Positions 9,047 through 20,500 of a stretch of 32,000 nt of DNA are shown here, in pieces; the first letter of the stretch is position 1, and each line of letters starts with the position of its first letter. The stretch covers positions 450,001-482,000 of the forward strand of contig NZ_CP042905.2 of assembly GCF_008000775.2 (NCBI RefSeq), written 5' to 3'. Under the pieces are notes generated by a model. It saw only the letters and a list, made by a program, of their open reading frames with translations, ran no database searches and had not been told where the DNA came from. This DNA comes from Promethearchaeum syntrophicum (lineage in GTDB: Archaea; Asgardarchaeota; Lokiarchaeia; Sigyniarchaeales; Promethearchaeaceae). A program made the translations under genes and the position numbers.

Positions 9047-9180
9047 ATTTTTTTTACTTTATTTCTTTCTATTTTTTTATTTAGTTGTCTAAACCTGTTA
9101 AATTTCATTCAGTTTTGGGAATAATAAGATTTAAAACCGCCAATGAAGAATTATTATTACCAACAAAAAGGTGAAAAAAA

Positions 9181-9486
9181 ATGGCAAAAAACACTGGTGT
9201 AGTACTTGGAAGTGGTGTTATATTGATTATTATGAGTATTGTGTTTAGAACTCCCGGTGCAATAGCGGGTGTAGTTTTTTATTGGGTATTTTATTTCTGC
9301 TGTATGGCAATAAAAGGAGACTCTAGCGATAATTCAGGGAAATTTAGAAGTAATTCAGGGGCTAAATATATTGATATAAATAGAAAAGATGCTGTACGTA
9401 TTATTTGTCCTAGGTGCCAACTGGAATCATTATATAAAATTGAGGAATCTAAGATATGTAGAAAATGTGGTCAAAATTTAGAATGA
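9181..9486 (+). CDS. Small membrane protein with C-terminal zinc ribbon
   Basis: 101 aa; two hydrophobic N-terminal segments and CPRCQLESLYKIEESKICRKCG; GGTGA SD at 9170-9174, ATG at 9181. Confidence 0.75.
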   Translation: MAKNTGVVLGSGVILIIMSIVFRTPGAIAGVVFYWVFYFCCMAIKGDSSDNSGKFRSNSGAKYIDINRKDAVRIICPRCQLESLYKIEESKICRKCGQNLE

Positions 9487-9629
9487 AAAAGCCAAAACAG
9501 GTTTTAAAGCTCTTTTTTATATAAAAAAATAGTAGGAAAAAATTTTGAATAATTTATACATAGTTGCTTTTAAATTTCTTGTACGTTCTTTCTTTTTTCT
9601 TTCATTCCATTTCATTTTTCACTTAAATT

Positions 9630-10571
9630 TTATTTTTGAAAAACATTTGACTGTTTATTTTTATCTAAACCTGTGAATTTTTGAGATATCAAGTAGTGTG
9701 CCAATTTAGTATATAAAACCAAACCAATAAAAGCAAGTAAGAATAGCAGTATTAAAAAATAATTTTGATATTCGGAAAAGAAATTACTATTACTAATTTT
9801 TTCAGAATCTTCATTTAGAATACCAACAAGTGGTTTTATGACCGGTTCGATGGCATCTACCCATTCAGAATACATTTTTCCAGAAGGGTGAAGGCTGTCA
9901 TAGGTCAATAATGAAAGATTGTCAGATGCACGACGAGAAATTGAAGTTATATTTATATAATGCACATTTGCGTTGATAGATTCATCATAATTTATTAAAT
10001 TGAATAAATCTATTTCTTTTTTTATCACATCCTTTTGAATATCATCATTAATAAATGGAGTCACTCCATAATCGGGGATTGATACAACAAATACATGATT
10101 TGGATTATTTCCAGCGTATCTGATGGATAAATTAAGTAGATATTTAAAATTTGTTCTGTAATCTTCAGATGAAATGCCTTTATATTGATCATTAACTCCA
10201 ATTAATAAAGAAACCAAATTATAGGGAATATTACTCGGTTCTCGAAATAAAGCGGTCGACAGATCTGCAGTTGTCCAACCGGTTTGAGCAATAAATTCAA
10301 CAGGTCCTACATTATATCCTGAATTTTGTAAACGAGTTGATAACTGGACTGGCCATCTCTCATTGTAGGCAACAGATTGACCAATGGTATAGGAATCACC
10401 CAGAGCAAGAAAAGACACATTAGATGTTGAATATGATGATTTGGGATAAAATATATTGCTTTTTAGAGAAATTTGTTTATAATTTAAGTTATTTGTTAAT
10501 AGAGAAGATACTAAAAAATTTAAAAAGATGAAATACATTATTAAATTTGCAAATTTCTTTGTTCTATTCAT
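9630..10571 (-). CDS. Membrane-anchored SGNH/GDSL-family hydrolase
   Basis: 313 aa; FLALGDSYTIGQS (block I), LIGVNDQY (block III), SYDSLHPSG (block V D..H); N-terminal hydrophobic signal and C-terminal TM (YFLILLFLLAFIGLVLYT). Confidence 0.88.
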   Translation of the reverse strand: MNRTKKFANLIMYFIFLNFLVSSLLTNNLNYKQISLKSNIFYPKSSYSTSNVSFLALGDSYTIGQSVAYNERWPVQLSTRLQNSGYNVGPVEFIAQTGWTTADLSTALFREPSNIPYNLVSLLIGVNDQYKGISSEDYRTNFKYLLNLSIRYAGNNPNHVFVVSIPDYGVTPFINDDIQKDVIKKEIDLFNLINYDESINANVHYINITSISRRASDNLSLLTYDSLHPSGKMYSEWVDAIEPVIKPLVGILNEDSEKISNSNFFSEYQNYFLILLFLLAFIGLVLYTKLAHYLISQKFTGLDKNKQSNVFQK

Positions 10572-10940
10572 TTTATTTTCTATCCTAATGAGGTGGAAAT
10601 TCTCTGCACATACTTTGCCATTTGTGTATGATCTAATAGTCGGGATATAGATTGCTTTAAATTAAAGCACGCTAGAGATATTTCAATATTGCCAATTTTA
10701 CTTAGAAAATCTATAAAAATTCAACTATTTTAATGGTCTTGTGTAGCAGTATAGGAAGAATTAACCAAATAATTAAGAATTATTCGAAAATCTTAATTCA
10801 AACTTAAACAACAAAGGGGCTATCTTCAAATTTTTTCCGCATTATCTAATTTAACTAAAACAATTTTTTTTTATCCATGTTTATATTCATTTTAAGAATT
10901 TCTACTGAAAATTTAAAAATATCCTAAAGAAATGTAGATC

Positions 10941-11486
10941 GTGGAAAATTTTATTAAATATCTTTTTCAACAACGACCTGAGGTATCGAATGAATTTAAA
11001 GGAGTTTCAGAATTAGAAATTCAAAAATTAGAATCATTGATTGGTCCCGCTCAAATGCCAGATGTCTACCGAACTTTTCTGAAATATATGGGAAAAAATA
11101 CTGGAAGGATCAAAGGTATAAGGAATATAACGGTGTACAGATCTCCCGGTGATCAGTACATTGATCAATCCGAAATATTAATAGATTATTGGAGCGTTTT
11201 CAGATTTTACAAAAAAAACCAAGAATATATTCAGCGCTATCTACCAAGAATAATTAAAGACTATAAAAAAAACCCAAACCAATATTTTCTATTCGGAATC
11301 GACACATCGGGTCCAGATTATGGAAATTTTTATTTGGATCTAACTAAACCAAATTTTCCTGTTGTTGAAATTTCAGAAACGCTTGAATTTAGGCTTCGTG
11401 CTGATTCATATTTAGAATTTCTCTTTATGGTTCCATTTCGAAGGGAACTGTCAATTTTCATTCATAATCAGACTTGGATACAGTAA
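10941..11486 (+). CDS. SMI1/KNR4 (SUKH)-like protein
   Basis: 181 aa, GTG start; VSELEIQKLESLIGPAQMPDVYRTFLKYMGKNTG matches the SUKH N-terminal pattern (E..lE..lG..lP..yr.FL...G); FGIDTSGPDYGNFYLDL. Confidence 0.65.
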   Translation: MENFIKYLFQQRPEVSNEFKGVSELEIQKLESLIGPAQMPDVYRTFLKYMGKNTGRIKGIRNITVYRSPGDQYIDQSEILIDYWSVFRFYKKNQEYIQRYLPRIIKDYKKNPNQYFLFGIDTSGPDYGNFYLDLTKPNFPVVEISETLEFRLRADSYLEFLFMVPFRRELSIFIHNQTWIQ

Positions 11487-11547
11487 ATAGATATTTAGCT
11501 TTTTTTTTGGCTTTTATTCTTATAGTTCTCAGACTAAGAGCGCTCGT

Positions 11548-12951
11548 TTAATCAAAAAGTGAAACAAGCTCCAAGAATAAAACTTGGAGATTTGGAAATT
11601 CTTTTTTAATGTAAATGCTACGACGGGCTAATGCAATGGACACAGCTTTATTAAATGCAGCTTTTGAAGATAATAAGCCGATTTCAATATATTTTTTCCG
11701 AAATAATATTTTTGCCTTAGGATCTTTATGTAAAAGTTCAATTTCTTCAGTTAATTTCTCTAGAACCTTAAAAATCTCTTTATCTTTCCGCTCAGGTTCA
11801 TAAGTTTTTTCCATAAATTGCTTTAGTCGGTGAAGGAGAATAGTATAAAATTCAAAATAGGTAGTGATATCATCGAAATAAATCCGAAATTGAGATCTTT
11901 TGAATAATGTATATACCATTTGCCAATAAAAGGGATATTCTAAAGCGGATGGATATAAAACTTGATTTATTTTCAGAGCCAGGAGGCTGTTTTTTTCACG
12001 TTCAGACATTAAACCTTTCCGTAATTTTAAAACCTCTTCTCTTAGTAAGGGGGGTTCATTAAGCGGATCTAATTCCTGCATATTAATAGGAGGATAAAAT
12101 TTTACCAAAGAACGAGACATATCTTTTTGAGGAAAAGAATTACTTGGTATCACGGGAATTCCATATTTATTATGAAAATATGCTAATAATTGTGGAAATG
12201 GAATGAGAAAATCATATTTTTTTTTACCAAAGATAAACGGAACACGATTTTGATGTTTATTAAAGTAATCATGCATTACGAAGACGACTCGATTTTGTTT
12301 CAAATGTTTTTCAATTTCCTTTTCTAGATCGGAAAACTTCCCAGTTACAATGGCAAAGACATTATCCCACATTTTTAAAAATTGACGAAGGAGAAATTCA
12401 TTTTCGGGAGAAACAATACCTACAACTTCTACTTTTTGGGTTTTATTATCGATTGTAACCGTTTTTCTCAGTAAAGCAGAAGTAGGATGATATAATTCCC
12501 CTAAATGTATAATAGGGACTAACACACCTTTCTTTTTTTGTAAAGCGGCTTCAATATGCTCAAAACCTTCCATTTTAATGAAACGTGAGATATTTTTGGG
12601 GGAATGGTTTGGCATGAAAAATGTGATTTCAAAAAAGAACTCAAAGATATAGGAAATGATTTGTAACGCCCACCTTTTAAGGTTAATATTATGTTTTTCT
12701 AAAAAACTTGGAGGATACAGAAATTTCCAGGCATTTTCTAATGTAGGAAAACCTTTTTTAACAATTAAAGGGCCAAAAATAATAGTTAAGAATCGAAATC
12801 GCAAAAAACTTTTCCGTTCAAAGAATTTATGTCGTCCTGTTGATTGAATGAAATGAGTTATCCTAAAAAAGATATTATAATCAAAGAAATTTTTATGGAT
12901 TTTCATGGAAGTGTTCTTATCTAATCTTCTATCTCGATTTGTTACCGCCAA
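11548..12951 (-). CDS. Putative LPLAT-superfamily acyltransferase (LpxL/HtrB-like) with long C-terminal extension
   Basis: 467 aa; GVLVPIIHLGELYHPTSALLRK, FVMHDYFNKHQNRVPFIFGKKKYDFLIPFPQLLAYFHNKYGIPVIPS resemble LPLAT blocks. ORF track start is TTG; an internal ATG (MKIHKNFF..., ~12906) is a likely true start. Confidence 0.5.
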   Translation of the reverse strand: MAVTNRDRRLDKNTSMKIHKNFFDYNIFFRITHFIQSTGRHKFFERKSFLRFRFLTIIFGPLIVKKGFPTLENAWKFLYPPSFLEKHNINLKRWALQIISYIFEFFFEITFFMPNHSPKNISRFIKMEGFEHIEAALQKKKGVLVPIIHLGELYHPTSALLRKTVTIDNKTQKVEVVGIVSPENEFLLRQFLKMWDNVFAIVTGKFSDLEKEIEKHLKQNRVVFVMHDYFNKHQNRVPFIFGKKKYDFLIPFPQLLAYFHNKYGIPVIPSNSFPQKDMSRSLVKFYPPINMQELDPLNEPPLLREEVLKLRKGLMSEREKNSLLALKINQVLYPSALEYPFYWQMVYTLFKRSQFRIYFDDITTYFEFYTILLHRLKQFMEKTYEPERKDKEIFKVLEKLTEEIELLHKDPKAKILFRKKYIEIGLLSSKAAFNKAVSIALARRSIYIKKEFPNLQVLFLELVSLFD

Positions 12952-13243
12952 TTTATTCTTCTCAATAAGATATAATTTTTTATAATTGATAAATCTACAT
13001 AGTTAATTATTTCTGAAACGAAAAAAAGGTTTTGAAAAAGTGGATATATAAATACAGATAGCAAATTCTCATTCGAAAAAGATCTTCCATATGTTGTGCC
13101 AACGATGATGAAATTATAGTAGTTTAAAAAATGAGTTAGATGGATAAAAGGGTAGCAAATTTTTCTGGTATAAAGTGATTTTATTTTTAAATGTAAATTT
13201 CGAATTGCCAAAAAATTTATGATGGTTTTCATTTTTTACTTCC

Positions 13244-14599
13244 ATGAGTTTACTCTCCCAAATTGTTGTTGGTATATGTTTTATTATTTTAATTGTAATT
13301 CTTTTCTTTGATAGCAATGATTATCTCACATATTCGGTTCTATTAATGCTTATCGCAGCAGTAATTAGTGCTATTGATATTCCAGAAGCGCGAAATCTTG
13401 AAACTTATATCAAAGCAATTGAATGGGAAGTAATTATTTTCCTTATTGCGATGTTTACTATAGTAGAAATCCTAATTGAAGCTCGAATATTCCATAAAAT
13501 CGCAAAAAGTATTGTAAACAGATACAAAAACAATATTAGGAAGATGTTCTATGTAATTTGCATCGTATCAACCTTATTGGCTTCCATTTTGGAGGATTTA
13601 AGCGTTGCAATTATTTTTATACCGATTATTGTTCTCGCATGTAGCGAGATAAAGATTAATCCTTCTCCTTTTCTTTTAGGAATGACTATTTGTATAAATC
13701 TTGCATCTACATTAACCCCCTTTGGATCTGCTGAAAATATCATGATTGCTAATTATTTTGATTTATCATTTACATTTTTTCTACTTAATTTTGGTCCTTT
13801 TTTTGTTGTTTCAACTTTACTTACACTTGTATTGTTGGATTATTGTGTACTTTCAAAAGAAATTAAAAAGGAGTGGCATTCTGCATGTGAATCGGAAGCT
13901 GTATCGAATTCTGATGAAATCAGGAATGAAAAAGAAATGCTGAAAGATATTCAATTAGATAAAACAACTTTAATTAAGAATTTTGTGGCTTTAGGGATTT
14001 TTGTTCTACTCCTTATTTTTATTGATGAAATTCATGTAGCGGGTCTTATTGGTCTTCTAGTTTTTGTTTTTGTAAATCCTAAAACAGGTGAATCAAAAAA
14101 GAAGCAACCACGATTATCTTATTTTTTGAGTAAAGTGGATTATAAATTAATTTATTTCTTTATGTGCTTGTTTATTATGGTAGAACTCATGGTCTTAAAT
14201 GGAACAGTAGAAATATTAGAAGAAATGATTGAGAATCTTTCCTTTAATAACATTTTTCTTCTGTCTGTGTTTATTTTAATTATTACTTCTTTGTTATCAG
14301 GATTCTTGGATAATGCACCAGTCACAATAATTTTTCTACCCGTTATTAATATTCTTAAAGACACCGGATTATTTGAATTTCTTCCATTGTTAATTGCATT
14401 CGTATTAGGTGTCAATTTGGGGGGAAATTTTCTACCCCAAGGAAGCGCGGCTGATATGATGACATTAGAACTTTCTAAAAAATATTGTGTAGAAGATTTA
14501 ACTTATAAAAAACTGACTAAAGTTGGGGGATTATTTGCATTGATACATATACTCCTTGGAATTATATATCTTGCAATAATTGTATTTCTAATTCTATAA
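13244..14599 (+). CDS. ArsB/NhaD-type (ion transporter superfamily) permease
   Basis: 451 aa polytopic protein; LEDLSVAIIFIPIIVLACSEIKINPSPFLLGMTICINLASTLTPFGSAENIMIA and SGFLDNAPVTIIFLPVI...LGVNLGGNFLPQGSAADMM are the duplicated signature regions. Confidence 0.88.
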   Translation: MSLLSQIVVGICFIILIVILFFDSNDYLTYSVLLMLIAAVISAIDIPEARNLETYIKAIEWEVIIFLIAMFTIVEILIEARIFHKIAKSIVNRYKNNIRKMFYVICIVSTLLASILEDLSVAIIFIPIIVLACSEIKINPSPFLLGMTICINLASTLTPFGSAENIMIANYFDLSFTFFLLNFGPFFVVSTLLTLVLLDYCVLSKEIKKEWHSACESEAVSNSDEIRNEKEMLKDIQLDKTTLIKNFVALGIFVLLLIFIDEIHVAGLIGLLVFVFVNPKTGESKKKQPRLSYFLSKVDYKLIYFFMCLFIMVELMVLNGTVEILEEMIENLSFNNIFLLSVFILIITSLLSGFLDNAPVTIIFLPVINILKDTGLFEFLPLLIAFVLGVNLGGNFLPQGSAADMMTLELSKKYCVEDLTYKKLTKVGGLFALIHILLGIIYLAIIVFLIL

Positions 14600-14641
14600 A
14601 TTTACTCGCAAAATGAAATTTAAAATGAACAAAAACTTTTT

Positions 14642-15682
14642 TTATTCAATATTATATGGCGATTCTCTCATATGTTGTGAATATTTCCATAAAGAATAAA
14701 TCTGCTCAACATTCTTTTCTCCATATTCCTGACAAAGAATGCTTTTATCGATATTATTTTCCATCCCGTATAGTATTTGGTCTGTTAATTTAAAACTATT
14801 AAGCATCTCTCCTTTATTATCAACGGTTGGCATAATGTCAGGGTCTGCAGCCTTTTTTCTAATATAATCAGGAATTTGAATATATTCTGCAATTTGCTCA
14901 AGTTGAGTTCGGTATAAATGCATTATTGGCATGATATCTGCGCAATGATCTACACCCCATTTAGAGAATGTTCCTGTTAACCACTCTGTGCGATTTGCTG
15001 CTCCGACTACCAAAAGATTCCGCACTTCTGCATATTGATAGAGAACCACCATTCTTATTCTGTGTTTGGCAATTGCGTATGCATTTCCTTTAGCGAGCCA
15101 AGAATTAGCTTTCGGTTTCAGACGTTTAATTAGAACACTTTCACCATTTTTAGGGATGAATTGTTTTCTTCCAAGTTCGACCACCCATGTTCTTAATTTT
15201 CGACCTGGAATAAATCTTAATGGGAGTAATCTATAAGTTTTAGTAGATCTTAATATAGAATTAATAGGTTTAACATTTAATTGGATTCCCAGATGTTTTG
15301 CAAATTGCTTAGCATGAATTCGATGAATTTTTTTGCTGTCTTTTTCTGGTAAGTTAATTAAATGTACTTTATTTGCTCCAAGACTACGAACTGTAAGTTT
15401 TGCAGCAATTGCAGAATCTAAACCTCCACTTAATCCAATTACTGCACCATCTCGATGTAAATTTTTCAAAGTAGTACGAATTTTAGCTTCTATAGTTTTG
15501 CATAATTCTGGTAGATCTAATTTTCGTATTTGAGAAATATCATCCATGATTAAAAATGAAAACAATTCAATTATAATATTGTTTCTATCAAAATTAATCT
15601 CCCTTGCATTATTACTCAGATCAAAAATAAAATTTTCTTTTGTGTTACCATGCACCTGAAAAAATTGATTGATTTGAAGCAT
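14642..15682 (-). CDS. nadE: NAD+ synthetase (NH3-dependent type)
   Basis: 346 aa; GAVIGLSGGLDSAIAAKLTVRSLG PP-loop, VVGAANRTEWLTGTFSKWGVDHCADIMPIMHLYRTQLEQIA, IRKKAADPDIMPTVDNKGEM. Confidence 0.9.
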   Translation of the reverse strand: MLQINQFFQVHGNTKENFIFDLSNNAREINFDRNNIIIELFSFLIMDDISQIRKLDLPELCKTIEAKIRTTLKNLHRDGAVIGLSGGLDSAIAAKLTVRSLGANKVHLINLPEKDSKKIHRIHAKQFAKHLGIQLNVKPINSILRSTKTYRLLPLRFIPGRKLRTWVVELGRKQFIPKNGESVLIKRLKPKANSWLAKGNAYAIAKHRIRMVVLYQYAEVRNLLVVGAANRTEWLTGTFSKWGVDHCADIMPIMHLYRTQLEQIAEYIQIPDYIRKKAADPDIMPTVDNKGEMLNSFKLTDQILYGMENNIDKSILCQEYGEKNVEQIYSLWKYSQHMRESPYNIE

Positions 15683-15786
15683 TCTAATGATAAATTTCTC
15701 ACAAATCGATATTTTATCATTATTTATAGGAATGAAATAATAAATTTTTTTTAAATTAGCAATATAATTGAAATCAAGATTAGATT

Positions 15787-16617
15787 ATGAATATTTGGAA
15801 GAAAATTGAGAAAAAAGTAAGTTTCCATGCTGTGTATGAAAAATCTATAATTGAAGCTTTGAATTATGCAAAAAATAATAATTTTACAGGTATCCAACTA
15901 GCTGTTGAATCACCTCATTTCTCATTTGAACATTTATCTCATGAGAAACGTGTAGATATTAAGAATTTTTGTATTAATAATGGGTTATATATTAATATTC
16001 ATGCACCAGATGGTATTTCACTATTTAATACAAATCACCAACTTCAAAACGGTATTTTTGAGTATTTTAAGGAACTTTTTAAATTCGCTAAAGATATTTC
16101 TTCTCAATTGGTAACAATTCACCTAGGGACGATGACTGATTTTCCCACGGATTCATTACCAGAACTGAAATATCCTGAAGAAGATATTAAGTTATATAGA
16201 AATTCTTTAAAAGAAAACTTAAACCGCCTTATTTCCTTAATTGATGGGCAATTTATTTTAAGTATTGAGAATTATCGGGTAGATTCATTTACACTCGATG
16301 TGTTACAATCTTTTATCAAGAATAAGAAATGTTGGTTATGCTATGATGTAGCAAAAGCGCATTATGATAAGCATCATAATAACTTTGAAGTGTACCAATT
16401 CTTCCAAGATAACCAAAAATCAATAAAACAAGTACATCTCCATGATGTGAATGAAAATGGTAGAGCGCATCGTGTAATTGGTTCTGGTATTATTGATTTT
16501 AATGAAATGATGATTAAAATAAAGGAATCTCCTGTAATTGATTATTGTATCGAAGTTAGGCCTCATAGTAAAGCCCTGGAAAGCTTAAGAAATTTAAAAC
16601 AGATTTTGAATAGTTAA
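15787..16617 (+). CDS. TIM-barrel sugar-phosphate isomerase / AP endonuclease 2-like protein
   Basis: 276 aa; LVTIHLGTMTDFP, LSIENYR, CYDVAKAHYD, HLHDVNENGRAHRVIGSGIIDFNEM are typical of the xylose isomerase-like TIM barrel family. Confidence 0.85.
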   Translation: MNIWKKIEKKVSFHAVYEKSIIEALNYAKNNNFTGIQLAVESPHFSFEHLSHEKRVDIKNFCINNGLYINIHAPDGISLFNTNHQLQNGIFEYFKELFKFAKDISSQLVTIHLGTMTDFPTDSLPELKYPEEDIKLYRNSLKENLNRLISLIDGQFILSIENYRVDSFTLDVLQSFIKNKKCWLCYDVAKAHYDKHHNNFEVYQFFQDNQKSIKQVHLHDVNENGRAHRVIGSGIIDFNEMMIKIKESPVIDYCIEVRPHSKALESLRNLKQILNS

Positions 16618-16680
16618 GTCTAACTTTTCCAGAATTAAATGAATGAATCTTTTTAAAGAAAATGCTCCTCACTTGATCGA

Positions 16681-17583
16681 TTGATTGTGGGTACAAGAAT
16701 AATTCCTTATAATAATGGAGAAATCCTTGAATGGCGTTGGTGGGCTGAGAGTAAATTAATTTCATTTCAATTATTTGCTTCATGTTTTCTCATAGATGGT
16801 TTATTAATTGATTCTAATGCGCCCGGAAGTGAAATGGATCTTCAAAAATATGTAAAAAAACTTGGAGGTAAAAATCACATTAGCTCTTGTTTCTTAACCC
16901 ATTTTCATGAAGATCATGCTGGAGGTTCTCCAATGCTTAAAAAAGAGTTTGATATTCCAATATATGCTTCTCCACTTACAGTTCCATATTTGAGTAAAGG
17001 ATATAAATATCGATTTTATAGAAAAACTTACTGGGGAAGACATGGCCAGAAACCAATAGATGTTGAACCTGTAGATGGACCAATAATAACAAAATCAGGT
17101 AAATATTCATTTGAATTATTTCCTATGCCTGGTCACTCACCAGATTTAACGGCAATAATCGATAAAAAAAATCAGATAGCATTTGTTGGGGATGCAATTA
17201 TGCATAAGTATGGATATACTTTTGGAGGATCTTCTCCTGATCTTTATGAGGATATCTCACAAATTTATAATTCTCAGAAATCTCTCTATAAAATAACCGA
17301 TGGAATGGATGATCTTAAAATATATGTTGCTCATGTTGGAGAGGTTAATCGGGATTTCATTGCAGAGAAAATTAAAGAAATTGAAAACCTACACAAAAAT
17401 GCTCATAAATTCCAGAAAGAGCTAATTAATAATGGATATAAAAAACAGAGTAAAATTTTAAAGGAGATCGTAAAAAAAATGTGGAGAAAAGGAGAATTAC
17501 TGCAATTTAAAATATTATCTATGGGAGAAATATCACGTACGAATTTAGTAGCTACTTTACTTAAATGGCCACTTGATAATTAA
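16681..17583 (+). CDS. Metallo-beta-lactamase fold hydrolase
   Basis: 300 aa, TTG start; THFHEDHAGGSPM (HxHxDH), FPMPGHSPDLTAII, AFVGDAIMH, VAHVGE. Confidence 0.9.
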   Translation: MIVGTRIIPYNNGEILEWRWWAESKLISFQLFASCFLIDGLLIDSNAPGSEMDLQKYVKKLGGKNHISSCFLTHFHEDHAGGSPMLKKEFDIPIYASPLTVPYLSKGYKYRFYRKTYWGRHGQKPIDVEPVDGPIITKSGKYSFELFPMPGHSPDLTAIIDKKNQIAFVGDAIMHKYGYTFGGSSPDLYEDISQIYNSQKSLYKITDGMDDLKIYVAHVGEVNRDFIAEKIKEIENLHKNAHKFQKELINNGYKKQSKILKEIVKKMWRKGELLQFKILSMGEISRTNLVATLLKWPLDN

Positions 17584-20500
17584 TTTTCTCCCAATAAGTG
17601 TTCTCCTGTTAATTCTTCAACGCGTCGAATAATTTCACTAATATGTGGGAATGTTTTAATTCCTATATCCAGATTTTTAATAAGACTAATTGTTTCTTTA
17701 AACATTTTTTGACTCAGATACACAACCAGTAGGTTATTGTACATACGGGCATAATTTGCTTGATTTGAGTCGTATTTTAAAGCTTTTTCATAAGCTTCAA
17801 TTGCTTTTGGGTAATTTTCTTTAATAGCATATGAATTTGCTAATATGAACCAAGGAGAGAAAAAATGTGGGTATTGCTTTGTGATTTTTAAGGTTCGCTC
17901 CATGATTGTATCAATTTTTTTTGTAGGATCTGCAGAAATATTATAATATAACGATTCAATATCGGCTAATTCTTCTATAAATTCAAGGTAAATAGCTGTA
18001 ATTTTCATTAGTTCTGGATATTTTTCTTCAGAGCATATATTCTTCATCATCAAGAAATATTTCTTTTTATTTTCTCCCAACATTCTTTGATTTTCAAACA
18101 AGGTTTTACTTAAATGTTTTAATTCGATTAAAATATTTTCTAAATTCTGTTTATCCTCGGAATTCTGCTCTAAAATATTCTCAAAAAGTAGTTTTAGTGG
18201 TTTAAAAGTCGATTTATATGTCAAATAATTTGTAGGACTCATCTGAATTAACCATTTCTGAGTTTCCTGAAATACAGAGTAAGTCCCTTGCTTTAAATCT
18301 GCAAGATATTTGACTAAAAATGTTTTAGGTAAGAAAATATCCCTAATTTCTAAGAGTTTTGTTTTCACTTCAATAATTTTTTCGTAATTGGGAATAATTT
18401 TCTCAATAAATAATGATGTATTTTTCATCATTTCAATTCTTAAGTTAAATCTTTCCCCCTCTTGTATATTTAATTCGTATATTGCTATGAAATGTTGATA
18501 AATTTCTTCAAAAATTCTTTTATTGCAAAGAACTATGTCCTCACCTAAATTAGAAATTATATTTTTAAATTTATGAGAATAACCTTTCTGTACAATATTA
18601 ATTAAAGCTATTCGGAGAGTTTTATTATATATTTCTAGGATTTTTTTAATGTTTCTTTTTGATAAATTTAATTTTTTAATATCTTCTTGTAGGAAAGAAA
18701 AAACTTGTTGAAAGATTTGAAATTGTATATAATCTTCAAATATCTTGTTCAAGATTTTCTTCATTTCATTAAACAATTTCTCTCCATTCATTTCAAATAC
18801 GAAATGCGGTAATTCTAAATATTTCTTTTTCATTTCTTCAAGATTGAAATGCTCACATGACCAAATAAAATCTTTAATATGTAAGATATTGAGCATATTC
18901 TGCAAATTTTCTCTATATTCAACAAAATCAATCCAAGTATCAATAATATGTTTATGGGTCTCGAACTCATTTTCTGGCAAATTTCCTGAAAGATACCATT
19001 GATTTAATAAAATTTTGATTTTTTTTTTTATGGATAGTAATAAAATGGGTTGTAAAGATTCTTTATTTAACCAAGGTTTTATTTCATTCAATGTTTTTGT
19101 GGCATTTTTAAAGAAAGCAGGATATTCTTGGAATAATTTGACACTATTTGTAAAAATCTCAACGTAATTAACACAAAATTCTAAAGTCATTTCGGTATTC
19201 TTGTAATTTAGAGTTAAAAATCTAAAGATATGTTCCCCAACTTTGGGTAATCTCTTATAAAACATTACAAGAGAGCCGTTTTCTGCAAATTGATATAGAA
19301 TTTTATAAAAAATTCTCTCTGAAAGAATTTTCTTATCAATCATACTTAGAAAAGTAAGAAAATCAATAATTTTATTGTTCAGATACGCAATAAAATCCAG
19401 ATTGTTAGATAGAGCTTGAATTTTTTCTCTAAATTTCTTTATTAGATCCTTCATTTCGGATTTTTCGAATTTTTCTTTATGGGATTTTAGAATTACTATA
19501 AATTCTCGAAAGAAAGTTAAATATTTAGTATTTGGGAATGAAATATCTCTTGATCCTTCCCTTTTATGATAAATTTCGATTAGAATTTCAAGCATCAATG
19601 TGAAAATATTATAAGAACGAAAGTATGGATGCTCTTCAAGATATTTCGTGATATAACTCCAAATTTTAGCAAAATTTTGTAATCTCATTTGTTCGATTAT
19701 TTTATTAGTAATTGCGACTACTTGGGGTTTTTCTAGTACTTTAATTAGCTCATTAGATGGATTCCAGTATTTTATAATCAAATCTACACTGGATATTATC
19801 GTTTCACTATTTGAATAATACGAATCAAATAAATAAACCATTGTATGGATAAGTAAACTTTTCCTTTTTGAGAATAAATCTAATTTTGAAATTATTTTTA
19901 AAATTGAAGGGACATTTCCAACATTACCTAATTTAAATTGTTCTTTCAGAAAAATACAATAATTATCTTCTAATTTTTCAATAATTTGCGTTTTTAAGAC
20001 AGGATCCGTGTCAAGATTTAGGAGATCTCTCAAAATATTTATTCGTTGATTAACAGTATCAATTCCCTCAATTCTTTGTAGAGAAATTTTTACATATATT
20101 TTTAGATCTTTAGAATTTCTTATCTGGGTGAAATTTTTATTGTTAAGCATTAAAATACCTGATTCAATTCTAGATAGCACTTCGTTTACGAATTCTTCAC
20201 AATCTTCCTTTAATTTCAAATCATACTTCTTTTTCTTTCTTTTTCGTCTACTACTCTGAAAAAAATCTTGATCCAGAGAAAATAAAGTCCGCAAAATGGA
20301 ATCTTGTTCATTTTTATCTCTTCGGTTTTTGAAAATAACTAAATTCCCAAGCTCTAAATTTTCTTTTAATTGGATACCAATTTTAACTCCGAAATCCTCC
20401 ATTATCTCTACATTTGATTTTCGAGATTCAGTTCCAGATATTAATTGTGATTCATCTAAAAATTGAACCCATCTGATCAAATAGATCTCATTTTTAAAAA

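Noticed and set aside
12656-13317. ORFs 12656-12847, 12942-13232 and 13114-13317
   Set aside because: The first overlaps the acyltransferase gene; the other two are mutually overlapping reverse-strand ORFs in an AT-rich gap with no motif.
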